Notes under the pieces: generated by a model | Databases searched by the model: none | Seen by the model: the letters and a program-made list of their open reading frames with translations, nothing else | Told to the model about the DNA's origin: nothing | Program-made: the position numbers and the translations under genes | NCBI RefSeq assembly: GCF_001194135.2 | Contig: NC_068982.1 | Coordinates: 135,076,827 to 135,117,380, forward strand | DNA: 40,554 nucleotides | Reading direction: 5' to 3' | DNA from: Octopus bimaculoides | Lineage: Eukaryota | Part shown: one piece after another, positions 11,086-23,766 of the stretch | How positions within the stretch are numbered: position 1 is the stretch's first letter | How the letters are laid out: each line of letters starts with the position of its first letter

Positions 11086-11559
11086 GTTCATAACAAAGCT
11101 AACTCAAAGTCTCAATGCCTCTCCCCACATCTATTTCTCTCCCTCCCCCCTCTCTCTGTTATGATATGAATTACGTCCGTTTAATCCGATACGAACGGGA
11201 ACTGCCTATTGAGTAAATCTCATTGTATTATGGGTTTTAATTCTGATGATAAATGGGTTTAAATTCTGATGATAAATGATAAATTAATCATTAACGGGAC
11301 ATTCCTCTTCCTTGCTCTGCTTCCTCATTATCTTTAACTGCGTAATTTCAAAACTGACATTTACATAACACATTTTGCTGCTATTGAACATGTATAATGC
11401 AAACTGCTTAGTTTTAAATTAAATAAATAATGTTATAAACAGAGGAAACAATCGTAATCTACTTGCGATTGGGACATTGAAGCAGTTATGGAGATTAGAT
11501 GTTAAAATGCGATGTCGTTTTTTTTTTATCAGGATTCTGTTTAGTATATATATTCATAC

Positions 11560-11961
11560 ATCTATATACACACTACATACGCACTGACATGCACATACAT
11601 ACATACATACAAATACATGCCTGCATACATACGTACACACACATATACAAGCATACACATTCAGACACACAGACACATACGTACGTACATGAACACACAC
11701 TCATATACATACATTATATATATATATATATATATATACAAAGTCAAACACACATATATACATACATTCATACTTACACATACATATATACATGCATATA
11801 TACAAATACATCTATGCACACTCACTCACACGCGAGTACATATACACATACACACATATAAGCATACATGCACATACTTATACATGGATATGCATACACG
11901 CATAAACACGCAGAAACACCTACACACACACCTACACACACACCTACACATACGCACGCAC

Positions 11962-11993
<32 letters not shown>

Positions 11994-11995
11994 GT
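11560..11995. repeat. Degenerate CA/TA low-complexity tract
   Basis: Direct reading. Confidence 0.9.
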
Positions 11996-12217
11996 GTGCG
12001 CAATCATCTAATATTTATATAACTTCATTATATCAGTCACATATTCAATAACGAAAACATGTTAAAATAATGACTTCAATAAAATTTAATTGCGATTTAA
12101 GATGTTTTCGTAGTTAGTTTATTAGCAAAAAGGGTACGCCGCTCTCTAGAATACCATTGTCATGTTATCATAACAACAATAGCCATGTTTGGTACAATAT
12201 ATTTACAACCGTTAAAG

Positions 12218-12418
12218 CAGTCAGCTGGCAGAATCGTTACCGCGCTGGAAAAAAGTGCTTTGTGACATTTCATTCTGGATTTAAATGTCGCCGAAGTCGA
12301 CTTGGCTTTTCATCAATTCGAGGTCGATAAAATAAATACCAGTCGGACAGTGGAGTCATTGTAATCGATTTACTCACTTCACCGAAATTGCTGGCCTTGT
12401 GCCAGAATTTGAAATCAA
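12218..12418 (+). mobile_element. Diverged SINE family B (CpGs largely retained)
   Basis: AGCTGGCAGAATCGTTA...GTCGCCGAAGTCGACTTGG...GGCCTTGTGCCAGAATTTGAAATC. Confidence 0.8.
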
Positions 12419-13117
12419 TATATTTACAACCATTCCACACAGAATGTACCCACCTCAAACTTTAGAACGGCTGCTCTTATTTCAATAATAATAATAACAA
12501 TAATAAGTGTTTCAAATTAAAGCACAAGGTACACCAACAACATACACAGCCGAAATAAACCTCAGAATAACTAAATAAGTAACTAAAGTAACAAAAAAAA
12601 ATGAATCTAATCGTCCCACCCCCACAAAAAAAGACATACAGTAAAGTACTATATAAGGCAACAACAACAATACAACAGTCACATCACATCGCGTGTTACA
12701 ATAACAAATTCAAACAATATACCCATATTGCAACAGTAAACAAATAACCTTATCGGACATTTCTTGAAAATCAACCAATAAAAACATGGAGAAGGCATGG
12801 CACAAAACGAATAGCACGCACCTCCATCTATACCATGAGTCTGATTCCCTCCTTTCACCAGGCATCTAAAAGGCTATAAACATAAATGTCCCAAGAGCAT
12901 GAATTCCTTAAGGAATTCATGCTTTCACTAATATCAGCTACTTCTTCAAGCGTTTTTGATTTCCATAGTCTAGACCCTGGCGAAATTATAGTTCTAAAAC
13001 CTAACAAAAAACTCCGATGAACTAACACCACGCAGGCCCACCATAGAGACCTATTACTCAGGTCCGTCACCCTCAAAAGTTCCAGAACGGTTACTTCTTA
13101 ACACCACTAATTCCTTG

Positions 13118-13298
<181 letters not shown>

Positions 13299-13819
13299 CC
13301 AAATCTAAAAGTAAATACAGACCACTACACTAAACCACTACACCATACACAAACCTAAGAGAGCAAACATCAAAATCTAAAAGAAGAAACAACAAAAGCC
13401 TTCACACACATAGCTTTAACGACCATCGACGCCATCATAGCTTTTGATTCCATTCATTGCTACTCACTCACACAAAAAATATTCAAATAAAAATGTGTTA
13501 AGGTCGAAACAATGCGAAAAGAAATACAATAGTGAAGACGGAACAACTATTAAAACTTTTGGGGCTAGGACTTCTTCATCAGGACAGGTGAAGAAAAGAG
13601 AGATAGAATGAGGCTATTAACGTTGTTCAGATATTTTGGAGAAGGTAGTGACATGCGCCGACCGATGTTATTATAATCACCAGTCTGCTTGTTGTTTAAT
13701 GCTGGCTTCACCGTATTAATGATGACAGCGAAGAATCATCTCCACAAAATTAACGCCTACAGAATCCTTGTTTCTTTCTTATTAGCAACACCAAAGACCA
13801 ACGTGTGCAATCAACCGTG

Positions 13820-14150
13820 ATACTCAAAACATAAATATACTAGACATACAGGAGACAAAAGTACTTGGAATTATACAGAACACCTCCACAATATACGCAA
13901 AACACATAGAAGACTTAATAAAGAAAGAGAAACGACGCAGAAAAATACTTAAAACAACTACAGGAAGCACATTTGGTAGGGAAGCAAAATAGGGACAATA
14001 ACAATGGTGTAGAAACAATACATTAGATCAATTATGGATAGTGTCTATCTTAGCTGCTACCCCTAATCTCTCCACAATAAGTTACAAAGTTATCAAAACA
14101 GCTGACTACGCATCATAACAGGTCAACGTAATAGACTGCATCCTCCACAG
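13820..14150 (+). mobile_element. Degenerate APE-class LINE (I/Jockey-group-like) RT C-terminal fragment
   Basis: With one frameshift: ETKVLGIIQNTSTIYAKHIEDLIKKEKRRRKILKTTTGSTFG / TITMV*KQYIRSIMDS...KLQSYQNS*LRIITG, like KYLG..H....K..R..IL..L.G..WG / Y...IRS..DY...LQ..QN..LRIITG. Confidence 0.65.
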
Positions 14151-14559
14151 ACCAGCAACACAACGAAACAAACATACTAAAAATGGAAACCAGCTGGGCA
14201 TTCAATAGACACGTTTGTTTCTGCGACAAGCTTCCAAGACAAACTTCCACTCTCAGATCCTTGTCACTACATTAAAATCACCTCTATAGAGAGAGACACA
14301 CATTTACAACACCCGAATACCTCAAGGCAGATTGTCCATCGCTCTAACGATCCTGCCAATCCAAGACTTTTAAAGAAAATGTTTTCTCTTCTTTTTGTTA
14401 TTACTTGAGCCAACTATGAAAAGCCAACAGAACTGGAAGCTAGTTTGGAAAAGAACATTGCACCAAAATGCCTGTCCTGGTTTATTGATTGTCGCTCGGT
14501 GTATTATGTCGCCGATATCAAAAATAAAAATTAAAAAAAAAACAGAGAGGGGACAATTG

Positions 14560-14965
14560 AAAAAACAGAACCTAATTGTAGCAGCTCAAGATCAAGCAAT
14601 AAAAACAACTTAAGAAAAAATATGTATGAAGAGAATTTGTCAGAAAAATGTAGAGCCTGTGGAACTTGGAACGAGACAGTAGCATACATTATGACAGAAT
14701 GTCTCAAATTGGCACCGGAAGAATATAAGAAATGGAGGCACGACCAGGTTGTAAAAGTTTTAAATCGTGTCAGAAATGGGGATTTGAAGCTGGAAATACA
14801 TGGTACATTTCACTGAGTCGGAAGAGTACTGGAGTAGGAGAAATGTGAGATTGTGTGTGACTTTCCTATTCAAACGGACAAGAAGTTAGAAAATAATAGA
14901 CCGGACATAACAATTATAGATAAGGAAAAGCGAAGTTGCTTACTGATTGACCCATCATGCAAGGT
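14560..14965 (+). mobile_element. R4/Dong-type fragment, family c (CCHC finger and RLE start)
   Basis: LIVAAQDQAIKT; KCRACGTWNETVAYIMTECLKLAPEEYKKWRHDQV; IVCDFPIQTDKKLENNRPDITIIDKEKRSCLLIDPSC. Confidence 0.85.
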
Positions 14966-15240
14966 CATACGTAGTTTATCCTGATATAATGTCAGCATGT
15001 CGTGCATATATATCTGGTGTGCCCTTATCAGACGGGTAGTTCTGATGTATATATTGGGAATATATATTGGGAGCATATATATTTATATATACACACAAAA
15101 TAGCTTCACCCAGATGCACTATCACAGCAACATGTGCGTAAAAATGTAAGCACTGCAATATTACTACACGGAGTAAAATTTTAGTTACATATATATCCAT
15201 ATTTATACATGACCTCTATATATGCGCACACTGCAGGATA

Positions 15241-18200
15241 GTGATGCAATACTACTTAAAAAGGGAGCCTAAAAGAAGGAGTTATAGAAAACGAATGTTA
15301 ACATTTCGGTTAGAGAAGGGTATGTTTAAAGTGATTGAGCAAAGACTAGTAGATCATGCTAATGCTATTAAGAGAGGAAAGTGGATGACATAATTGGAGG
15401 TGGTAGGGATCACATGAGAATTGGGAAAGAAAGACCAGGCAGTAGGAAAGACAAAATAACAACATAAGAGATACAGCTCAAACTAAAGAAGAACCTAAAG
15501 GAAAAAATACTGAGAGCTCTACCAATAATGAAGGGACAACTGGCATCAGTGATTTAAGTGATTTAAGTGAGGAAGATCAGAAGATTTTAGATGAGTTATA
15601 GGAAGTAATGAGTAAAGACGAAAAAGATTGCCAGCATTAAAAGGTACCAACAGAAGCCAGCTTCTAGAAATGACTGGGAAAATAGATTCTGTTATCAGTC
15701 GGATATATACTAAAAAGATCAGAGACACTAACTTATTGATCTATTCGGGAGGGGTAGTAGTCACTAGAAGATTAGATATTTTACAAGGAAAGATTAGAAA
15801 AGAGCAAATGTGGAAAAGGAGACTACAAAATAAAGTGAAAACTTTTAAGACAAGATATGAGCAGAATAGAAGCCTGGAAATTGAACAAGTTAGGAAACAG
15901 AAGATTTAAGTCTTCTCTTGAAAAAATACTTAGTCAAAGAGAAAGGATTTGAGAGAGTCATAAAAGAGTTGAAACAACGTATCATAGCAGTACCAGGTAA
16001 GTTTTCCAGATATCAGAAAAGAGTAGATCAGAATAGATTATTTGAGACAGACCAGAGGAGATTTTACAACCAAATAAATAGTAGAGAAGAAAGTACTGAA
16101 GCTAAGATAACTAATGCAGAAGAAGCTAGAAAGTTCACGAGTAATATTTGGGATAAGCCAGTCAATCACAATGGAGATGCAGTATGGTTAAAGAAAGTGA
16201 GGGAAAAGTAGTGTTTGAGAAGCAGCTAGATCTTAGACTAACAAGTGCATTAATGAGTAAAATGTTAGGAAAAATGCCGAATTGGAAGGGCTCGGGACCA
16301 GATTTAGTTCAAGGTTAATGTCTAGAAATTCAATAATTTACATGAGAGGCTGAGGGAACAACTTCAAGATTGCCTTAATGGAGGAATAATACCAGATTGG
16401 ATGACTAAAGGGAGAATAATATTCCTTATGAAAGATAAAAGAAAGGGTAATACAGCTAGCAATTATAGACCAACCATTTGCTTGCCATTAGCAGGAATGC
16501 TTTCAGAAAACATTTACGAGCACCTTGACAGCCAGAATTTGTTGCCAGAACAGAAAGGTTGTAGGAAGAAGGCAAGAAGAACGCAAGATCTATTATACAT
16601 AGACAAAGCAGTTCTAAATGAAGTAAAAGCTAGAAAGAAAAATCTAACGATAGCATGCATAGATTATAAGAATGCCTATGATATGATCCCACACTCATGG
16701 ATAAGTGAATGTTTGAGTACATTCATTATAGCAGACAACATAAGAGAATTAGGGAAGGTTAATATCAAGAGAGGAATTTTCCAAGGAGACTAGTTATCAC
16801 CTTTAATATTTGCTTTATGTTTGATCCCTCTCAGTTTAGTACCAAGGAAGGCAAAAGTAGGATATCAGTTAAGAAATAGTAAGGGAAAATTTAACCATTT
16901 GCTCTACATGGATGATCTGAAGCTTTTTAGTAAGAATGAAAAAGGGATAGATTCCTTAATACAGAGTGTAAGACTCTNNNNNNNNNNTGAAGCTTTTTAG
17001 TAAGAATGAAAAAGGGATAGATTCCTTAATACAGAGTGTAAGACTCTTCAGCAAAGATACAGGCATGGAATTTGGCATAGATAAGTGTGCAACATTAGTC
17101 ATGAGAAGGGGACAGATAGTCAACAGTGAAAGAATTCAATTACCAGATGGCCAGACATTAAAATCATTGAAAGGAGGAAAGAGTTATACGTATCTGGGAG
17201 CATTAGAATCTGACAGAGTACTAACTATAGAAATGAAAACGAAAATTGAGAAGGAGTACACCAGAATGGCGAGGAAGCTAATGAAATCAAAGCTAAACGG
17301 TCCAAAGGTTGCAAACACTTGGGAAGTATCTTTACTTAGATACTCAGCTGCTTTTGTAGATTGGACAAAAAACTGAATTACGAAGAACTAGGAAGGAGTT
17401 CAATGTGAACAGAAAACTCCACACAAGGCAGGAGTAGCAAGATTGTACTTACCTAGAATGGAAGGTGGAAGAGGGTTAATATCAGTAGAAGACAGCGTGG
17501 AGTTAGCTAAAGTAGATATGGACTCCTATGTAGGTAATAGTGAAGAAAGTTTATTAAAAGCTGCTACAGTTACAGCAAGACATAAGGAAACAAAAACACC
17601 AAACGAAGTTAAAAAACATAAAAAAGAACAGAAATTATCCGACTAGCAGGAGAAGGCCTTGCATGGTAGATTCCTAAAGATAGTTGCAGCAAATAATATT
17701 ATGAGATATGGTTATGGTTGCAGAAAGAAAAGCTGAAGAGGGAGACAAGACGTTTGTTAGTAGCTGCACAAGGTCAAGCATTAAAGACTATTTGGATAAA
17801 AGCCAAGATAGACAAAAACCAAGTAGATTCCCTATGTAGATTATGCAAATCAAAAGAGGAGTGCGTTACTCATACAGTAAGTAAATGTAGCACACTGGTA
17901 CAGAAAGAATACAAGAAAAACATGACAAACTAGGGAGAGTAATCCAATGGGAGCTATATAGAAAGCTAGGATTTGAACATAATGATAAATGGTATGAACA
18001 TGAACCTAAGTAAAGTACTAGAAAGTAAAAAAATACAAGATGTTGTGGGACTTTAATATTCAGACTGACAAAGTAATAGAAGCTAGAAAACCTGATTTGG
18101 TTGTAGTAGATAAAGAGAATAGAAAGTACTGGATAATTGACTTTATAGTCCCAAGTGATGAAAAACCAATATGAGAGGTATAGAAAAAGTAGCAAAGTAC

Positions 18201-18463
18201 CAGGACCTAGCCATTGAGTTACGGAGACTATAGAAAGTGCGGGTTAAATGTATCCCAGTAGTTATAGATGCATTGGGAACTATCCCTAAAGATCTGAACA
18301 GATGGATGGGAGAAACAGCATAAAACCCAGTTTAGTACAGCTGCAGAAAGCAGTGTTATCAGAGACAGCTAGGATACATAGGAGGGTTCTTGGCATCTAA
18401 GGTTACTTGTTGTAGCCCGGTGTTAGGATTTTTTTCTTTTCCAACAGTCTAATCTGTTATTTG

Positions 18464-18465
<2 letters not shown>
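15241..18465 (+). mobile_element. Near-full-length R4/Dong-type non-LTR retrotransposon (family a), inactivated by many stops and frameshifts
   Basis: N-term VMQYYLKREPKRRSYRKRM..EQRLVD; RT: NYRPTICLP, EQKGCRK, IDYKNAYDMIPHSW, RGIFQGD*LSP, NHLLYMDDLKLF, MEFGIDKCA, YTYLG, GGRGLISVE; CCHC CRLCKSKEECVTHTVSKC; RLE RKPDLVVVDKE..IIDFIVP; stop 18398-18400; then 3' UTR and (TAA)n. Confidence 0.95.
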
Positions 18466-18525
<60 letters not shown>

Positions 18526-18530
<5 letters not shown>

Positions 18531-18623
18531 CCTACATGAACTTCTAACTTGTTGTCTCTTGAGGTCTCTGGGTGAGACTTGGATCCAACTTGTACAAATG
18601 CAAAACAAAAGTCAAACATAAAA
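18526..18623 (+). mobile_element. R4/Dong family b 3' UTR fragment
   Basis: TAACACCTACATGAACTTCTAACTTG...AAAAGTCAAACATAAAAT, nearly identical to 2826-2925. Confidence 0.9.
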
Positions 18624-18642
18624 TAATAATAATAATAAGTTG

Positions 18643-18913
18643 AACCCCAAAATGGCTGAAGTTCAAAAGATAGTGCTCGTGGGAACTGCCCATATCCGAC
18701 GTAAAATACTGTCTATGTGATCTCAAATTTTAAAACAAACACATAATTTTCTTATGGTTTCTTAAACATTCTCTAGAACAACACTATGTACATATCCAAA
18801 TATATGGTACCCTAGGAATAACACCTACATGAACTTCTAACTTGTCTCTTGAGGTCTCTGGGTGAGACTTGGATCCAACTTGTACAAATGCAAAACAAAA
18901 GTCAAACATAAAA
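18643..18913 (+). mobile_element. R4/Dong family b 3' fragment (NPKMAEVQKIVL...ILSM* and 3' UTR)
   Basis: Nearly identical to 2653-2925. Confidence 0.92.
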
Positions 18914-18928
18914 TAATAATAATGATAA

Positions 18929-19137
18929 TCCTTTCTACTATAGGCACAAGGCCTGAAATTTGTAGGGAGGGTCCAGTCGATTAGATCGATCCCATTACGC
19001 AACTAGTACTAAATTTATCGACCCCGAAAGGATGAAAGGCAATGTCGACCTCTCGGAATTTGAACCCAGAACGTAGCGACGGGCGAAATACCGCTAAAAA
19101 TTTCGTCCAGCGTGCTAACAATTCTGCCACCTCGCCT
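18929..19137 (-). mobile_element. SINE family B (tail type 1)
   Basis: CCTTTCTACTATAGGCACAAGGCCTGAAAT...TCTGCCACCTCGCC. Confidence 0.88.
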
Positions 19138-19819
19138 TGTTATATAATAATAATAATAACAACAACAGCAACAACAATAATAACAATAATGCTTTCTACT
19201 ACATGCACAAGGCTTGGAATTTTGTGGGAGTTAGTCGGTTTCATCGACCCCCAATGATTAACTTTATCAGTGATGTAGAACTTGTAATAACAATGGGTGC
19301 TGTCTTTTTCAGATTAGATAAAGAAAAGTGAGAAAAGCAAATTCAAACACCATACAAATACATAACAAGGTTGTTGGCAAGGAATTAGTTGCAGGTTATA
19401 GAATAGAGGTGCATTTATCGCTGTATCTATGCAATAATGACGAGAGGCCGAATGACGACAAAGATGAGCTCATTATTGAAGTAATTACGGCAATTAATTG
19501 TAGTTGTTCCATCTAACTCTACAGGTGAAATTTTAGCATTATAACAATAACCGTACATTATACGCTCAGGCTCTTCTCATCCACACCACCACCACCACCA
19601 CCACTGCTGCTGCCACCGCCGTCGCCCTTAATGCCATTAACAGCAGCAGCTACATCTAAAATAGCTAATTTAAAGTGAAAGTAGTGAAATTGAAATGATA
19701 GCCGGAGAAATAGATTTTATAGAAATAACCATTTATTCTTCAAAGATTTTCACTTTCTCTATAGCACCAGGCAGCAAAATCAGAATGCTGCTGCTACTGC
19801 AACTACTACTAATAATAAT

Positions 19820-20105
19820 TTCAAATTTTGGTGCAAGGCTAGCATTTTCGTGGGAGGGGTAAGTCGATTATATTGATCCCCAATGTTCAACTGGTACTTT
19901 TTTATCGACCCCCGAAAGGATGAAAGGGAAAGTCGACTTTAGCCGGATTTGGACTCAGAATAAAAAGACGGATGAAATACCGCAAGAAGAAGAAGAAGAA
20001 GGAGGAGGAGGAGGAGGAGGAGGAGGAGGAGAAGAAGAAGAAGAAGAAGAAGAAGAAGAAGAAGAAGAAGAAGAAGAAGAAGAAGAAGAAGAAGAAGAAG
20101 AAGAA
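19820..20105 (-). mobile_element. Partial SINE family B followed by a (GAA/GGA)n tract
   Basis: TTTCAAATTTTGGTGCAAGG...AAAGTCGACTTTAGCCGGATTTGGACTCAG; (GAA)/(GGA) 19984-20105. Confidence 0.8.
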
Positions 20106-20846
20106 TACAACACAAATAACTGAATGGCTGTAAATGGAGCAAAAAGAGAAAATAGCAAAAAATATAAATAAAAGTATTATGGAAATAGCAACAGAAATCC
20201 TCAATAGTGAGGAAGAATCATCTTGTCACCCATAGATACTGCATAACCCTGATCAGCAAGGACCCCTAAAGCACTGCTTCTCCCCTCTCTCTCTCCTTCA
20301 TCTACTGCAGTGGAGCAACATTTCCTCTTCGCCTTCATAGCTTCTCCAAATGAAACTTTTAAAAGTCAATGATGGCTTAACAGAAGAGGAAAGTGTCTGT
20401 TCACAATCCTTTCAGTCACGTCCATCATACAACTTCTTTCGCCATACCCTCAACAGTCAGAAGACTTTCTGTCCAGCGCAGGGAAAAGAGGGAAGCGGAG
20501 CGATCCTCATAATAAACCTGACTGATTGCCGGATTCGATCTACACATGGTAACAACTGTTCGACAAAACTTCACAGCTCAGTAGTACTCGGACACTACGA
20601 AGTGCGTACGAAACAGTTCCATCTCCAGATGCATCTCAACTAACAACACTTCCGTATCTGAAGTTTATTCCGAACTGCCAATGCCCCATCGTAGCACCGT
20701 TTAATTATATTTAAGGAAAATGCCCATAGTTCTTTGAGCGAAAGTCTACTGGAACAGCCTGACTATTTCGTTCTTGTCGTCATTTAGCGTTTTCTCGAGA
20801 AAGTCATCGTCCTTCTTCACCACTAGTCCTTAATTTATTTATTTAT

Positions 20847-21257
20847 TTACTCTTTTACTCTTTTACTTGTTTCAGTCTTTTGACTGTGGCCATGCTGGAG
20901 CACCACCTTCAGTCGAGCAAATCGACCCGAGGACTTATTCTTTAGAAGCTTAGTACTTATTATATCGGTCTCTTTTGCTGAACCGCTAAGTTACGGGGAC
21001 ATAAACACACCAGCATCGGTTGTCAAGCGATTTTGGGGGGACAAAGACAGACACACAAACACATACACACATACATATATATATACATACATACGACGGG
21101 CTTCTTTCAGTTTCCGTCTACCAAATCCACTCACAAGGCTTTGGTCGGCCCGAGGCTATGGTAGAAGACACTTGCCCAAGATGCCACGCAGTGGGACTGA
21201 ACCCAGGACCATGATGTTGGTAAGCAAGCTACTTACCACACAGCCACTCCTACGCCT
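20847..21257 (-). mobile_element. SINE family A, full length, with (GTAAAAGA)-type tail repeats
   Basis: Complete head, body and tail; TTACTCTTTTACTCTTTTACTTGTTTCAG at its 3' end. Confidence 0.92.
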
Positions 21258-21259
21258 AT

Positions 21260-21290
<31 letters not shown>

Positions 21291-21579
21291 TGCGCCCTTT
21301 TCAAGCCTAGCCAGGCTCATGGGCCCGGTTTCCTGGTTTCTAAGATGTATGTGTCCCCCTCCCAGCTGGACAGGACGCCAGTCCATCGCAGCGTTACTTA
21401 AGAAACAAGAAGAAAGAGTGAGAGAAAGTTGGGGCGAAAGAGTACAACAGGGGTCGCCACCATCCCCTTCCGGAGCCTCGTGGAGCTTTAGGTGTTTTCG
21501 CTCAATAAACACACCCAATCGAAACCGCGATCCTCCGACCGCGAGTCCGCTGCCCTATACACTGAGCCATTGCGCCTCC
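21291..21579 (-). mobile_element. tRNA-headed SINE family C (tail variant 1)
   Basis: Reverse complement of GGAGGCGCAATGGCTCAGTG...GCAGCGGACTCGCGGTCGGAGGATCGCGGTTTCGATT; tail GGAAACCGGGCCCATGAGCCTGG. Confidence 0.88.
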
Positions 21580-22560
21580 ATCTAGTCCTTTATAGAAAGC
21601 CAGAATATAAAACTGCACCGCCAGCATTACCTAGTAGAGTCTTGCGAGCACCTGACAACATCCCAGATGCCCTGCATCATTTGACCGAAATCTGAAGCTC
21701 AAGTAAAAAGATGAGCCGCGGGTAAGCTCGTCTAACAAAGAGCGACTACACCTGTTCACTGTCAAGAAATATTTGATGGTGTCACAGCCTCAGCGCACAA
21801 ATAGTGGTGGCAGAGGACGGATCACCTGCTCAGTAGAACGCATCCTTTTCACAAGAAATAAATGAGTTTTTGCTGAAGTGGAGGAAGAGGTGGTATTTCA
21901 TTGTCGCTAATGTTTGGTACCTCAACTCATCTGGCGAGACGAAAACTGGAGTAAGACACGATGGTCAGGTGTTAAAGCATAACTGGAGCGATGTACGCAT
22001 TTGCCATCTGTTGTATTCCTCTCGGGGGACTCGCAGAGAAAACACAACGAGTTGTACTATTTAGTTATCACATTTATTTATTAACTATAAACAAAGAACT
22101 CACTCACCGAATTGTTAGTTATCAAGAAACAAGAATGTTGTCCTCGCTATATATATCCCAATAACCTTCAACATCGACAGTCATTCAAAACAACAACGAA
22201 ACAAGGACCCCAGACGAACCACATTGAAATATAGGACCTCAGACGAACGACAAACAAATCTAACAGTCCATATAACACCATCTTTATACTTTCTTTCAAA
22301 GATAAATCCCTCTCAGGTAGTACGTATCAACCTGAAAGTCCGAACCGAACCAGAACCCGCGTAACTTTGTTTTTTACTGGCCCTCCGTCTAGCGCCCTAG
22401 GTCGCTGTCCGTCGACATGGAATCTGCTTCTAGAGGTGGAGAACTGCAAACCGACCAACTTGTCCGAGTTAATTGTGACTCCTGTCAATGTCTTCAGAAA
22501 GTGCAGTTTACTTCAATTTTCGTATTTGACACCAGACAATAACAAAACATCGTCGTCATC

Positions 22561-22592
<32 letters not shown>

Positions 22593-22602
22593 CTATTACT
22601 AT

Positions 22603-22641
<39 letters not shown>

Positions 22642-23130
22642 AACAACAACGACGACGGCAACAGCAGCAGTAGCAGCAACAACGGCAGCAGCAACAACAA
22701 CGGCAACAATAGCCAAACTGGATCATTTCCCTTTGAGGCAATAGTAAGTAATCATACAATTCATTTGTGTGTGTGTGTGTGTGCGTGTGTGGTTCTCTTA
22801 CAAAACTGCGTTATCGTAAACTCTTGGAAATGAGAATTAGATATATGGCTTCTCTTAAATTAGAAAAAAACTTCGGAGAGGGAAGTATACGGCTTGTGTG
22901 GCAATGTATCCATTCTATTTTGCTTGAGTTTATATTGTGCAATTTATTATGATGAAAAATAAATAGCATAACATCGCAGAGGAGGCATTTGGCTCGAAAC
23001 TGCTTAGGTTGTATGATCGCTCGTTCATAAAATTTGAAAATGACCTTGCAAATGTCAACGACTAAATAAATATTTAAGCGATGGAAGAGAGAAAGAAATA
23101 AAGAGAAAAAATAGATGATGTCTAAAGATA

Positions 23131-23766
23131 TTATTTTCTACTCTAGGCACAAGGGCTGAAATTTTGGCGGTCGGGGCCAGTCGATTAGATCGACCCCAGT
23201 ACGCAACTGATCCTTAATTTATCAACTCCGAAAGGATGAAAGGCAAAGTCGACCTCGGTGGAATTTGAACTCAGAACGTAAAGACGGACGAAATACCGCT
23301 AAACATTTCGCCCGTCGTGCTAACGTTTCTTATTTCTTTATTACCCACAAGGGGCTAAGCATAGAGGAGACAAACAAGGACAGACAAAGGGATTAAGTCG
23401 ATTACATCGACCCCAGTGCGTAACTGGTACTTAATTTATCGACCCCGAAAGGATAAAAGACAAAGTCGACCTCGGTGGAATTTGAACTCAGAACGTAAAG
23501 ACAGACGAAATACTGCTAAGCATTTCGCCTGTCATGCTAACGTTTCTGCCAGCTCGCCGCCTTATGATGTTTAAAGATAGTCTTTTCTATTCTAGGCACA
23601 TGATCCGAAATTTTGGGGGAGGGGCCAGTGGATTAGATCGACCCCAGCACGCAACTAGTACTTAATTTATCGACCTCGAAAGGATGAAAGGCAAAATCGA
23701 CCTCGGCGGAATTTGAACTCAGAACGTAAAGACAGACGTGCTAACATTTCTGTCGGCTCGCCGCCC
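23131..23766 (-). mobile_element. Cluster of three family B SINEs (two type-1, one nested type-2)
   Basis: Three GTCGACCTCGG.GGAATTTGAACTCAGAACG cores; type-2 tail at about 23331-23395; motif ATGATGTYTAAAGATA at 23115, 23564 and 23768. Confidence 0.9.

Noticed and set aside
13545-13590. Possible second hammerhead on the minus strand (CTGATGA-AGAAGTCCTAGCCCC-AAAAG)
   Set aside because: The core CTGATGA is present but stem II does not pair, GAAAC is absent and stem I is unconvincing; too degenerate to call.
16918-17047. 60-bp exact duplication in the RT region on either side of a 10-N gap
   Set aside because: Identical copies directly flanking a placeholder gap indicate unmerged overlapping contig ends, an assembly artefact.
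20200-20715. Coding-like composition, ORF 20350-20643
   Set aside because: Stops in the other frames, no recognisable motif or good splice sites; probably a decayed repeat.
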